From positions 1,088,001-1,152,000 of the forward strand of contig CAXXDV010000001.1 in the NCBI GenBank assembly GCA_963674745.2: 64,000 bases of DNA, in the 5' to 3' direction. The notes beneath the pieces are model-generated. The model was not told the origin of the DNA, made no database searches, and saw only the letters and a program-made list of their open reading frames with translations. The translations under genes were made by a program, and so were the position numbers. This document shows positions 1-9,742 of the stretch, piece after piece. The stretch comes from Desulfosudaceae bacterium (GTDB lineage Bacteria > Desulfobacterota > Desulfobacteria > Desulfobacterales > Desulfosudaceae). Positions within the stretch are counted from its first letter, which is position 1. The number at the start of each line of letters is the position of its first letter.

Positions 1-139
1 CAATAGCATCCGGGGGTAATTCCATGGAACCGAAGCGTATCAGCTTTCTTCCCGAGGAGGTTACCGCCACTTCTGCCGCCTTTAAAACGCTGGATCCTAT
101 ATCCAGTCCGATCAGATGATCATTTTTCTTAAAAAACAT
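1..139 (-). CDS. pilM: Type IV pilus assembly protein PilM, 5' part only (runs off window)
   Basis: Manual translation from ATG at 139: MFFKKNDHLIGLDIGSSVLKAAEVAVTSSGRKLIRFGSMELPPDAI; GLDIGS actin-like ATPase start typical of PilM. Not in the ORF track. Confidence 0.85.
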   Translation of the reverse strand, partial: MFFKKNDHLIGLDIGSSVLKAAEVAVTSSGRKLIRFGSMELPPDAI

Positions 140-149
140 AAACGTAACC

Positions 150-350
150 TCAATCAAAGACCTTATGTTTGTCAGAAAGATCAAACCCCAGCGCGCGGAG
201 AATTTTTCGTTGTGTTTCCATGCGGCAGGCTTTACCTTCTTCAATGCGAGCTATCGTAATTGGAGAAACATCAGCTTTTCTGGCCAGCTCGGATCGGCTT
301 AACAAAAGCGACTGTCTGATTTTATACAAGCGGCTTGTATTCTCTTTCAT
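150..350 (-). CDS. XRE-type helix-turn-helix protein (66 aa)
   Basis: LSRSELARKADVSPITIARIEEG HTH motif; ends 10 nt before pilM start. Confidence 0.85.
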   Translation of the reverse strand: MKENTSRLYKIRQSLLLSRSELARKADVSPITIARIEEGKACRMETQRKILRALGFDLSDKHKVFD

Positions 351-585
351 TTGTTCTTTTACCTGTAACGTTATATGGCATTGAGCTTTCCCCCTGGTTT
401 TCTCATCCGTTAATTAACATTAATTATGTAACATTATAATTAAGTCAAGAAAAAAGTTTATAAATTATTATTAAATATGTACATATTGGCATCACATCCC
501 ATGAAACAACAACATATGGTAGTTGCCTTTTTAAAAAAAATGATTATATTTTCTGATTTTTTATTAAAAAAGCCTCATTCTGCAC

Positions 586-618
586 AAAAAAAGGGGGCTG
601 ATAACAGCCCCCTTTTTT
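586..618. terminator. Intrinsic terminator after qmoC (bidirectional shape)
   Basis: AAAAAAAGGGGGCTG-ATAA-CAGCCCCCTTTTTT hairpin with A/T tails about 20 nt downstream of the qmoC stop. Confidence 0.85.
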
Positions 619-640
619 AACATGCCTTTTATGCTTTTTA

Positions 641-1855
641 CTATTTCTCTCTGCCTGAGTATTCCGCATACCCCAACGCCACGGTACGATATACCAGATG
701 CGCCAGCTTTGAAAACGGCAGATAAGCAAAGGTGCAGAAAATAGTAATCAGGTGAATGTAGTAAATAAAATAGGTCAGTGTTTCCGCCCCTGCCATTCGC
801 GTCAGCTCTGTAAGCATCCCTGAAGCACCCAGCGCCAGCACCAGACCAAGCAGAAACCAGTCTTTATAGGAAGAAACCTGGTCTTCCTTGCCCAGACGGT
901 TTTTAATCATCAGAATAGCGCCGAGCACCAGGGCGATACCGGCGGCATTGGCCAGGATTTTGAACGGATTTAACCAATAATAAGGCCCGGGACTGTGCAT
1001 CAGGTACAGGGCGATGAAGCCGTATGTGGTCATGATAAACAGTCCGATGAAGCCATAAAGCACCATCATGTGGGCGGTGGAACGCTCCTTGTTTTCCGAG
1101 CACTCGGTGAACTTGTTGTGTTTGAGGATCGGCAGTATCATGGTAATGATGCCCTTGACGGTACCGATGGCAAGCTCGGAAAAGTTTTGTTTGCCCAGCT
1201 TGGAACGACCGTCGGAGACCGCCTGCTCATGGATATCGTTTAGAAAGCGATACAGGCCCCAGGCAAAAATCACCGCTACCAGGCCCGACAGGGGGACAAA
1301 CACCAGGTCCACAAACCAGGTGGAGTAAAAGTCCGCATGGGCAATGACGCCTTCGGCGTGATGATGGGCCCATTCAAATCCGATGGCGGGCAGCCTCAAA
1401 GCCTCAAATATTTTTTCCATGACCCCGCCCATTTTTGTGGTTACCAGGGCGAAAACGGCAAAAATAATCGCCGGTACGGCAATCAAAAGGGGCAGTTTTT
1501 TGGGATCATTGACTGCTTTGGCCACGGCTTTGGGCGTGGCATATTCAGAGATGGCGTAAGACCGGATCGCCCCCAGAACATCCCCGGGTTGGGCGCCCCG
1601 CGGACATTTGACGGAACAGTCACCGCACTGATGACACAGCCAGATATCCACATCTTTGACCAGTCGGTCCTTCAAACCCCAGGACGCGGCGATCATCTCT
1701 TTTCTCGGAAAAGGTTTAATGTCCGGCGAAATCGGGCACACCACCGAACAGGTGGCGCATTGAAAACATTTTTTCAGGGTATTTCCACCAAGCCCGATAA
1801 CCTCATTGATGAATCCCAGATCCGGCTCAGCAAGATAATTATCATTCATGTTCAT
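641..1855 (-). CDS. qmoC: Quinone-interacting membrane-bound oxidoreductase subunit C
   Basis: Two CxxCxxCxxxCP ferredoxin motifs then a multi-TM heme b domain (FSKLAHLVY); follows qmoB. Confidence 0.95.
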   Translation of the reverse strand: MNMNDNYLAEPDLGFINEVIGLGGNTLKKCFQCATCSVVCPISPDIKPFPRKEMIAASWGLKDRLVKDVDIWLCHQCGDCSVKCPRGAQPGDVLGAIRSYAISEYATPKAVAKAVNDPKKLPLLIAVPAIIFAVFALVTTKMGGVMEKIFEALRLPAIGFEWAHHHAEGVIAHADFYSTWFVDLVFVPLSGLVAVIFAWGLYRFLNDIHEQAVSDGRSKLGKQNFSELAIGTVKGIITMILPILKHNKFTECSENKERSTAHMMVLYGFIGLFIMTTYGFIALYLMHSPGPYYWLNPFKILANAAGIALVLGAILMIKNRLGKEDQVSSYKDWFLLGLVLALGASGMLTELTRMAGAETLTYFIYYIHLITIFCTFAYLPFSKLAHLVYRTVALGYAEYSGREK

Positions 1856-1898
1856 GCCTCCATTACTCTCTGCAATTTATTTTCATTGATGGCATCAA

Positions 1899-4238
1899 TT
1901 AAAAACCTTTGAATGGATTGGGACCTAATGCTTCGATCTCTTCCACAAATGAATTGATGATTTCCGGAATCTTTTGATAATCATCAATGGCCACCTCTTT
2001 CTGCGTCACGCGCTCATTTTCCAGCGCCAGGCTGGCCAGGGCCTCACCGATCTTTTTCATACGGATGCTGGCCAGCTCACTACCCTTGACAAAATGGCAC
2101 TGGTAGTCATCACCGTGCTTGCATCCCAGGAGAATGGCACCGTCCATACCCTGTGACAGGGCGTCCTTGATCCAGATCACGTTGACCGAGCCCAGGCAGC
2201 GGACCGGGATAATCCGGACGTCCGCCGAAAAAGAAAGATGGTTCATTCCGGCGATATCAATGGCCGGGTAAGCATCATTTTCACAGACCAGGGCCAGAAT
2301 CCGCATGGGCGGTTCAGAATAATCGTCTTCAGACGGCACCCAAATCGATTTGACCATATTGCCGATGCTGTTGACATTATAATCGGCGAAACCGATGATA
2401 CGCTCAGGGCAGGCCCCCATACAGGTACCGCAACGCCGGCACCGGGTGGGATTGGGTTTGGGGGTCCCTTTTTCATCGTCATCCAGGGCGCCGAAAGGGC
2501 ACTCTTCCGTACAGCGTTTACACTGCGTGCAGCGCTGAAAGAAGAAATCCGGAAACGTCATATCGCCCGAGCGGGGATGTACGGACACGCCCCGATTGGA
2601 AGACTCCAGGCACTGAATGGCTTTCAAAGCCGCGCCCGCAGCATCTTCAATGGTTTCCTCGATGGTCATGGCCCGACGAATGGTTCCGGCAGCGTAAACG
2701 CCGGTCCGCTGGGTCTCGTATGGAAAGCAGATAAAATTGGAGTCCGCGTACTGATCAAAAATATCATTGTCGCGAAAACCCGGACCCTGACGATAGGCCA
2801 GGTTAACCACCGGGTCATCCTTTGTCACCGGTACCATACCGGCGGCCAGGACGACCAGATCGGCCTTGACCTTGAGCTTTTCACCCAGCAGGGTATTGTT
2901 GGCTTCCACCATCAGCTTGTTGCCGCTCTTGCTGACACCGACCACGTCCCCCTTGGTCATGAAAATGCCCGGGTCCTGCTGCATGCTCTTGTAAAAATTT
3001 TCAGCCAGGCCGGGAGTGCGCATGTGCTGATAAAAAATATAGGCTTTCCCGTCGCTGTAATCATCGCGGACATATTTGGCCTGCTTTAAGGTGGCCATGC
3101 TGGTGACAGCACCACAATAATCAAAATCACTGTCATCTTCATCCTTGCCCGGGCTCTGAATAAAAACAACCGACTTGGCTTCTTTGCCGTCCGACGGCCG
3201 GGTAACTTTTCCTTTAGCCGCCATCTCCTCGAACTGGCTGTTGGTGATGACATCGGGGGTTTCACCGACACCCAGGTGGGCATATGCTTCGCCTTCAATC
3301 TTGGGCGAACGCCAGCCCGCTGCCAGTACAACAGCACCAAACTTTTCACCTTCGGGATCAAGCTTGAGGATATCTTCCCTGCCTTCATTATACTTCATCA
3401 AGGCTTCGAACTGCTGTTCGGCGGTCAGTTCCTTGCCGCTTTCATCCACCTTCATTTCTTCAGGCAACGGAAAAGGAACGTCAAAAGGATGTTTTTCGCC
3501 GGGATTTTTCAGTGTCACCGTGAAGTCGCCGGGTTGACCGGCAATACGGGCAACAATGGTTTCCGTTTTCACGGTAATATTGGCATCGGCCTCGATCTGC
3601 TGTTTAAGATCGGACACAACCGGCGGAATCAGGCTGTCATAGGGCTCGGCCACGGGCATCTGTTTGCGCATTTTTGCGGCAAACCCGCCAATCTCTTTTT
3701 CTTTCTCCACGATCATTACCGGATAACCGGCCTTGGCCGCGTCCAGTGCGGCTGCCATACCGGCCACACCGCCGCCGATAACCAGAATCCTATTGGTATA
3801 ATTATCCAGCGCATAGGGCTCGGGAAGTTGGATGCTCTTCATGCGGGCCATGCCCATGCGAATATAGTCATCGGCCAGCAGCTGGACCCGGTCAAAATGT
3901 TCGCCGTCATCTTTCTGGTCTTCCTCCAGGGCCGGAAATTCAGACCGGGGATGGGACCAGACCACCTGCTCTCTTAAGTTGACCCGGTCAACCAGGCAGT
4001 TTTCAAAGGAAAACACATCGAAATTAACCCGACGGGAGCATCCCGCGATGATCAGGGAATTAACGCCGTCATTGGCAATGTCATTCTTTATCAGTTCCAC
4101 ACCTTCTTTGCCGCACAAAAACGGATGCGTTTTGACAGGAAGTCCTTCTTCCTTGGGAACCGCGCACAATGCGTCGATATCCAGTGCATCCCCTATTCCG
4201 CAGCCGGTGCAGACGTATACGCCATATTTCTTATCCAT
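1899..4238 (-). CDS. qmoB: Qmo subunit B (HdrA-like FAD/FeS plus MvhD-like C-terminus)
   Basis: GGGVAG FAD motif, 2x[4Fe-4S] motifs, C-terminal CENDAY...VRCLGSVN...GCKHGDDYQCHF, ends GPNPFKGF. Confidence 0.95.
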   Translation of the reverse strand: MDKKYGVYVCTGCGIGDALDIDALCAVPKEEGLPVKTHPFLCGKEGVELIKNDIANDGVNSLIIAGCSRRVNFDVFSFENCLVDRVNLREQVVWSHPRSEFPALEEDQKDDGEHFDRVQLLADDYIRMGMARMKSIQLPEPYALDNYTNRILVIGGGVAGMAAALDAAKAGYPVMIVEKEKEIGGFAAKMRKQMPVAEPYDSLIPPVVSDLKQQIEADANITVKTETIVARIAGQPGDFTVTLKNPGEKHPFDVPFPLPEEMKVDESGKELTAEQQFEALMKYNEGREDILKLDPEGEKFGAVVLAAGWRSPKIEGEAYAHLGVGETPDVITNSQFEEMAAKGKVTRPSDGKEAKSVVFIQSPGKDEDDSDFDYCGAVTSMATLKQAKYVRDDYSDGKAYIFYQHMRTPGLAENFYKSMQQDPGIFMTKGDVVGVSKSGNKLMVEANNTLLGEKLKVKADLVVLAAGMVPVTKDDPVVNLAYRQGPGFRDNDIFDQYADSNFICFPYETQRTGVYAAGTIRRAMTIEETIEDAAGAALKAIQCLESSNRGVSVHPRSGDMTFPDFFFQRCTQCKRCTEECPFGALDDDEKGTPKPNPTRCRRCGTCMGACPERIIGFADYNVNSIGNMVKSIWVPSEDDYSEPPMRILALVCENDAYPAIDIAGMNHLSFSADVRIIPVRCLGSVNVIWIKDALSQGMDGAILLGCKHGDDYQCHFVKGSELASIRMKKIGEALASLALENERVTQKEVAIDDYQKIPEIINSFVEEIEALGPNPFKGF

Positions 4239-4250
4239 TTGGGGGACCTC

Positions 4251-5522
4251 CTACCTTTTCAGAGTTTGAATTGCTTTTAATGCCATACCGGTCGCGTTCT
4301 GGTTGCACGACACAACATCAGCCGGCTTATTGGCGCAACCGGCCGCGAACATGCCGCCCTTGGCAAAGTCATTAATGACAAACCCGTCCTCATTGAAGTT
4401 GAGATCGGCCGGAAGTTTGACATTGGCTGCGGTCGGCTGCATGCCGGTTGCCAGGACCACCATGTCAACCGTCTGCTCGGATTTTTCGCCGGTTACCGCG
4501 TTTTCAGCGACAACGGTTACCTGCCCGGAAGCTGCGTCCCTGACCTCGGCCACCTTGCCTTTGATAAAAAAGACGTTCTCGTCTTCCTTGATCTTCTTGT
4601 AGAAATTTTCATACTTGAGGCCGGGCGTCCGAAGATCGATATAAAAGATATAAATCTTGGCTTCAGGATACCGCTCGCGAATGTAGGTCGCCTGTTTGAG
4701 CGATGCCATACAGCAGATGTAAGAGCAGTAAGGCAGGTGTTTTTCGTCCCGGGATCCGGCACATTGCACAAAGGCAATTGTTTCCGGTGCCTTGTCATCC
4801 GAAGGCCGCGTAATGATGCCCTTGGTTGGGCCATTGGGCGCCGCCATCCGCTCCAGCATCATGTTCGTAATCACGTTCTGGCAGGTGCCATAACCAAGGT
4901 TGTCAATTTTAGCCGCGTCATACGGTTCCCAACCGGTGGCCCAGATAATGGCGCCGACGTTCAAATCCAGTGTTTTGGGCGTCATATCCAATTCAATCGC
5001 ATCATACTTGCAAGCCTCGACACATTTTCCGCAGGAAGTGCCTTTGCAGGTAGCGGCATCAATCGTAAACCGCATGGGAAAAGCCATGTGGGTTGTCTTA
5101 TAGACGGCTTTGGTCTTGTCCAGGCCGAAATTAAACGGATTGTTCCGCTCGACCGGACAGACATCCACACAATCTCCGCAGGCGGTACAATTTTCGTTGA
5201 TAAACCGGGGGTTCATCTGTACCGTTACGGTGTAGTTACCGGGTTGACCGTCGACCTTGACAACTTCGGACAGGGTATATGTCCTGATCCTGCGGTTGTC
5301 TTTGATGCGACGGTAGTTGATCTCCAGACCGCAACTGGGGGGACACAGCTTGGGAAAATACTGATTCAACTGTGACACTCTTCCACCCAGATAAGGCTCC
5401 TTTTCAATCAAAAAGACCTCATACCCCACCTCGGCGGCCTCAAGGGCGGCAGTCAAACCGCTGATTCCCCCGCCGACTACCATTATGCTTCCGCTGGTAG
5501 GGGTTGATTTATCTGTCGTCAT
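4251..5522 (-). CDS. qmoA: Qmo subunit A (HdrA-like flavoprotein)
   Basis: VVGGGISG, YFPKLCPPSCGLE, QCAGSRD, YCSYICC motifs; downstream of aprA. Confidence 0.95.
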   Translation of the reverse strand: MTTDKSTPTSGSIMVVGGGISGLTAALEAAEVGYEVFLIEKEPYLGGRVSQLNQYFPKLCPPSCGLEINYRRIKDNRRIRTYTLSEVVKVDGQPGNYTVTVQMNPRFINENCTACGDCVDVCPVERNNPFNFGLDKTKAVYKTTHMAFPMRFTIDAATCKGTSCGKCVEACKYDAIELDMTPKTLDLNVGAIIWATGWEPYDAAKIDNLGYGTCQNVITNMMLERMAAPNGPTKGIITRPSDDKAPETIAFVQCAGSRDEKHLPYCSYICCMASLKQATYIRERYPEAKIYIFYIDLRTPGLKYENFYKKIKEDENVFFIKGKVAEVRDAASGQVTVVAENAVTGEKSEQTVDMVVLATGMQPTAANVKLPADLNFNEDGFVINDFAKGGMFAAGCANKPADVVSCNQNATGMALKAIQTLKR

Positions 5523-5589
5523 ACCATCCCTCCGTGTTTCAAGTTAATGTTTTTATTTTTCGGGTATTGACTTTCTACTTGATGATGTA

Positions 5590-5699
5590 ACCGGTTATCC
5601 ACCGGGTTTTACGAATCTGACGCGTGCACCTCTGGCTTTGGCTTTATGCCGGAGGTAAACCCGTCACATGCGTAAAACCCGGATTACCACGGATCCGGT
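5590..5699. other. Long imperfect hairpin (~110 nt) in the aprA-qmoA spacer
   Basis: CCGGGTTTTACG 5602-5613 / CGTAAAACCCGG 5671-5682; TGACG/CGTCA; ACCTCTGGC 5628-5636 / GCCGGAGGT 5648-5656; outer ACCGG/CCGGT. Confidence 0.75.
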
Positions 5700-5726
5700 C
5701 CGCTGATACAAAAGTGCTGCTTAACA

Positions 5727-5759
5727 AAAACCTCCAGGCGGCAAGCGCCTGGAGGTTTT
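5727..5759 (-). terminator. Intrinsic terminator after aprA
   Basis: AAAACCTCCAGGCG-GCAAG-CGCCTGGAGGTTTT perfect 14-bp stem about 30 nt after the aprA stop. Confidence 0.85.
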
Positions 5760-5788
5760 GTCGCCGATCAATCAATTAAACCGGTCAA

Positions 5789-7768
5789 TTAGGCATCCGG
5801 AATAATTTTTACGTAATCCACTTTCTTCAAAGACCACTGGTTAGTGGCTTTGTCATAAGTAGAGTTGGTGAAACAGAACCAGTTGGCATCATCCTGTCCC
5901 GGATGATCCGCATTGTAGTAGAAGCCCGGGTAACGGGTTTCTTTACGGAACTGGATGTGACGGCAATGGGCTTCAACCGTATAAATACGGTGATAGATTT
6001 CCCAGGCCCGCATCAGTTCGTGCAGATCGCCGGCAGCCAGCTTTTCACAGTCTTCACGCATGGTCTCGAACAGTTCCATGAGGATTTCCAGGTTCTTCTC
6101 GCTGGTCATGTAGTAAGTCGCCGTTCCAGCACCATACTCATGGGTGGCTTTCATCAACCGGTACATCATGCCTTCCGGTTTCATGTAGTTGGGGTTGACG
6201 TCGTCAGCGGTGGTGTAAGCGCAGTTGTCCAGATAAACGCGGACCGGTTTGTAAACCATGTCTACCAGTTCTTCTTTGCTTTCTTTCAGGGTCGGGGTGA
6301 AGTCCGCGTTGTCACGAACATACTTGGCCATTTCTTTGGCAGCCATACGACCTTCGGCATGAGAACCGGAGGAGAACTTATGACCGGAACAGGCCACGCC
6401 GTCACCGGCGGTAAACAAGCCGTCAACCGTGGTCATACGGTTGTAGACTTTACCGCTCTTGGCTTTGATTTTGTAGCTGTCAGGTACCCAGTCAAAATCC
6501 GGGCCGGAGGTCCAGATACCGCAGCAGCCGGAGTGTGAACCCAGCAGATACGGTTCGGTCGGCATAACTTCGGAGTTCTTCTTCTCCGGTTCACAGTTCT
6601 GAGCGCACCACAGATTGGCCTGGCCACAGGTCATATCCAGGAAGTCTTCCCAGGCTTCGGACTCAAGGTGCTTGAGTTCTTTCTTGTCCATGGTTTTTCC
6701 CAGCTCGGCCAACGCGGTAACCGTATCCATCATGATCGGACCGCGGCCTGCCTTCATTTCAAACAGCATGAGGTGGTTACGCAGACAGGTCGGCGTAATG
6801 GCAGCCGTGCCGTAGGGAGCATAATTTTGCAGTTCGGCCTTGGCGGCGTCGCTGGCGGCAAAATTCTCGCCCAGACCGTTTAAGGCTTTGGCCTTGAACA
6901 GCAGGAACCAGGCACCGACAGGACCGTAACCGTCTTTAAAACGGGCCGGGGTGAAACGGTTTTCCATCATGGACAGTTCGGCACCGGCTCTGACGGCCAT
7001 GGTGTAGGTGGAACCGGAGTTCCATACCGGATACCAGGCACGGCCTTTACCTTCACCGACTGACCGGGGCTGGTAAATATTGACAGCACCGCCACAGGCG
7101 ACCATACATGTTTTGCATTTAATGATGTAGACTTTGTTCTCACGGACGGAGAAACCAACGGCACCGGCGATTCTTCCCGGATCATTGGCGTCGTTCAGCA
7201 GTTCGACGATGAAAACTCTTTCCAGAATGTTATCTTCGCCCAGGGCCAGCTTGGCCGCTTCGGCGACGACTCTTTTGTAAGACTCACCGTTGATCATGAT
7301 CTGCCATTTACCGGTACGAACCGGTTTGGCCCCGGATTTCAGGGTGCCCATGGACTGGCCTTTTTTACCGTCCATATTTTTGCCTTCCGCGGACAGTTTC
7401 CAGACCGGCAGTCCCCACTCTTCGAACAGGTGGACGGAATCGTCAACGTGACAGCCCAGATCAAAAATCAGGTCTTCACGGACAATACCCATCAGGTCGT
7501 TTCTGACCATGCGGACATAGTCTTCCGGTGCGTTTTCGCCGATGTAAGTGTTAATAGCGGACAAGCCCTGAGCAACCGCGCCACTTCTCTCCATGGCGGC
7601 CTTGTCGCACAGAAGGACCTTCTTGTCGCCAGCCCATTTTTTAATCTCAAAAGCCGTACCGCAGGCAGCCATACCACCGCCGACGATCAGAATATCGACT
7701 TCGCGCTCATCAACTTCAGGATCTCTTACAGCCTTCAGTTCACCTTTTGGTTTATTCGGTAATGCCAT
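5789..7768 (-). CDS. aprA: Adenylylsulfate (APS) reductase alpha subunit
   Basis: ERSGAVAQGLSAINTY, GKWQIMINGE, GRAWYPVWN, GHKFSSGSHAEGR signatures. Confidence 0.98.
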   Translation of the reverse strand: MALPNKPKGELKAVRDPEVDEREVDILIVGGGMAACGTAFEIKKWAGDKKVLLCDKAAMERSGAVAQGLSAINTYIGENAPEDYVRMVRNDLMGIVREDLIFDLGCHVDDSVHLFEEWGLPVWKLSAEGKNMDGKKGQSMGTLKSGAKPVRTGKWQIMINGESYKRVVAEAAKLALGEDNILERVFIVELLNDANDPGRIAGAVGFSVRENKVYIIKCKTCMVACGGAVNIYQPRSVGEGKGRAWYPVWNSGSTYTMAVRAGAELSMMENRFTPARFKDGYGPVGAWFLLFKAKALNGLGENFAASDAAKAELQNYAPYGTAAITPTCLRNHLMLFEMKAGRGPIMMDTVTALAELGKTMDKKELKHLESEAWEDFLDMTCGQANLWCAQNCEPEKKNSEVMPTEPYLLGSHSGCCGIWTSGPDFDWVPDSYKIKAKSGKVYNRMTTVDGLFTAGDGVACSGHKFSSGSHAEGRMAAKEMAKYVRDNADFTPTLKESKEELVDMVYKPVRVYLDNCAYTTADDVNPNYMKPEGMMYRLMKATHEYGAGTATYYMTSEKNLEILMELFETMREDCEKLAAGDLHELMRAWEIYHRIYTVEAHCRHIQFRKETRYPGFYYNADHPGQDDANWFCFTNSTYDKATNQWSLKKVDYVKIIPDA

Positions 7769-7830
7769 ACTTATATCCTCCTAAAATATACGATATTTAT
7801 TTTCAGATCCGCTTTGGTGAAACAATCCAG

Positions 7831-8265
7831 TTACACTGTTTTGGGCGTCGGCATGGTTTTGCCGTCAGCCTCTTCCGTACTCAGCAACGGAGAATCCAGA
7901 TCCTTGCCCTGCAGATCGGCATAAGCATTGGCAGTGCCTTCATCGGTGGTCCGGATCGGGAACTTAAAGCGTTTAACAACGCCGTTTCTGAACTTACAGG
8001 TCCACATGACATCTTCGGTTCCCAGCATCGGCATAATGCTGCTTCCCAGAGGAACAAAGTCCGCATAGCCTCTTACTTCAATGGCCTGGGTGGGGCAGAT
8101 CTTGACACAGGAAAAACATTCCCAGCACTGATCCGGTTCCTGGTTGTAGGCTTTCATGGCGTCGGGATCCAAAACCATCAGATCGTTGGGACAAATATAC
8201 ATACAAGCTGTCTTGTCCCCGCCCTTGCAACCGTCACATTTTTCAGCAATTACAAAACTTGGCAT
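7831..8265 (-). CDS. aprB: APS reductase beta subunit
   Basis: MPSFVIAEKCDGCKGGDKTACMYICPNDLM...CWECFSCVKICP; SD AGGAGG upstream. Confidence 0.98.
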   Translation of the reverse strand: MPSFVIAEKCDGCKGGDKTACMYICPNDLMVLDPDAMKAYNQEPDQCWECFSCVKICPTQAIEVRGYADFVPLGSSIMPMLGTEDVMWTCKFRNGVVKRFKFPIRTTDEGTANAYADLQGKDLDSPLLSTEEADGKTMPTPKTV

Positions 8266-8505
8266 TTAAAACCTCCTGATTTGTTACCTTAATTAAAATA
8301 AAACAAATACTGACTCATTACCTAAATTATTGAATTCGATAGGTCACAAATTTTCCTGTGGCACCTCCCTTCTTTTTCCTTTTATTTTTTTTATAGATAG
8401 CCTTTTATCTCCGGCTGAAAACTTAAAAGAACAGGCCGCGGACGGCAGCCGCCGAAAATTTGCACACAAAAAATCGGCCTGACCCTAACTATAAAACAAA
8501 GAGAA

Positions 8506-8534
8506 AGACTAAAATCAAAAAAACCAAAAGTCAA
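8506..8534 (-). promoter_or_regulatory. Sigma70-type promoter of aprBA
   Basis: Minus strand TTGACT (8534-8529), 17 bp, TAGTCT (8511-8506). Confidence 0.6.
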
Positions 8535-8675
8535 GCTATTTACACAAACTTTTGCGTATTCTGACAAGAGAGAATAGCACTACATTTTATAGGGGTTATG
8601 ATGGGATCAAACCACCATATATAGGTACGGTAATAAGGCTTGAAACCGATTAAAACGGCCCTGGTGTAATTGGGT

Positions 8676-9686
8676 TTAAGCGAAAATCGGTACCCCATGA
8701 CCGTGGTGATCATCGGTGAATATTTCAAAGGCCGCCCGTGAAGTGGTTTCCAGGGCCTGGCGGGCCTTTCCCTGGTCGGCTTCAATCGTCAAGCGGCAGG
8801 CGGCGATCTTGGTGTTCAGGCAGTGTTTGATGCCACCGGGGGGATTATAATATCGCAGACCGACAAAGTCTTCTTTTTTCGCCAGAATCGTTCCCTGAAC
8901 AGCGATTTCTTTTGTCGCCGACTTAAACGCCCATTTAAAATAGCCGAACCGGCCGAAGGCCTTCAGGCTTTGTGCAATACTGTTGAGTTTATACTCCCGG
9001 CCCTCATGTCGAAGTACCATCAGTGTCATGCGGGGCGTTTTGACCGGCCCGAACCTCAGTTGGGCGGTCGCCAGTTCAAAAAAGCTGTCCGGGCTGTTGT
9101 CAAATCCGGCCACCTGTCCCCAGGCGTATGAATCGGTATGTTTGACACCCCAGTTATGATTCTGGCTTCCGACCCAGTCTTTTATCTCCATTATTGATCC
9201 ATTGACGATCAAACGGCCGTTGAATACGGCCATGGGTAATCCGACCAGGGCCTTGGCCTTGGGAAAGCCGGTATCATACATCTTATATGGAAGCAGAAAC
9301 AGCGGCTTGCTGTCCCCCGCGTAAGACAGGTCCCATTCAATCGTGTCGTTTTCACCGGCCGCGCCGACCAGTTGTTTATCATCCAGCAGGGCCTCGCCCA
9401 CGTTTACGGAAAAACGATTACCGGCAAACCGGCATTCACCAATCGGCCGTTCGGTTTTTACGGAAACGTGACCATCGGTCTCACCGTCAAACCAGGTGGC
9501 CCACAGCTCACCGATGGTCGGCTCAGAGATGTCCCGGGGTTCGAAAACCGTATACCGGATCCAGAATGCCCTGGGTTTGTCGGGGTGGTTGGCGCGCATG
9601 AAAAAACTTTCATAAAACCCCTTTTTGTCCGCCCGGAACCGGGAATGGTTGGCGGTTGCGGTCAGCTGCTGAACAAGGTTGCCCAT
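8676..9686 (-). CDS. Hypothetical protein, possibly tocopherol-cyclase/AttH-like beta-barrel
   Basis: 336-aa ORF; aromatic beta-rich with FYESFF, FWIRYT, GSQNHNWG, YAWGQ; fold call is tentative. Confidence 0.6.
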   Translation of the reverse strand: MGNLVQQLTATANHSRFRADKKGFYESFFMRANHPDKPRAFWIRYTVFEPRDISEPTIGELWATWFDGETDGHVSVKTERPIGECRFAGNRFSVNVGEALLDDKQLVGAAGENDTIEWDLSYAGDSKPLFLLPYKMYDTGFPKAKALVGLPMAVFNGRLIVNGSIMEIKDWVGSQNHNWGVKHTDSYAWGQVAGFDNSPDSFFELATAQLRFGPVKTPRMTLMVLRHEGREYKLNSIAQSLKAFGRFGYFKWAFKSATKEIAVQGTILAKKEDFVGLRYYNPPGGIKHCLNTKIAACRLTIEADQGKARQALETTSRAAFEIFTDDHHGHGVPIFA

Positions 9687-9698
9687 AAGTGTTTCCTT

Positions 9699-9730
9699 TC
9701 AACATTGAGCGTTCAACGTCGAACATCCAA
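9699..9730. repeat. Degenerate 7-bp tandem repeat (YSAACRT-like, ~4.5 units)
   Basis: TCAACAT TGAGCGT TCAACGT CGAACAT CCAA in the intergenic gap. Confidence 0.6.
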
Positions 9731-9742
9731 TGAGATATTCTG

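Noticed and set aside
1899..5522. Selenocysteine in QmoA/QmoB (HdrA/MvhD-like)
   Set aside because: Both ORFs are uninterrupted, with Cys in the motifs
8440..8630. Rex or NrdR boxes upstream of aprB
   Set aside because: Only half-site matches (TTTGTG; CCATATATAG); no full palindrome
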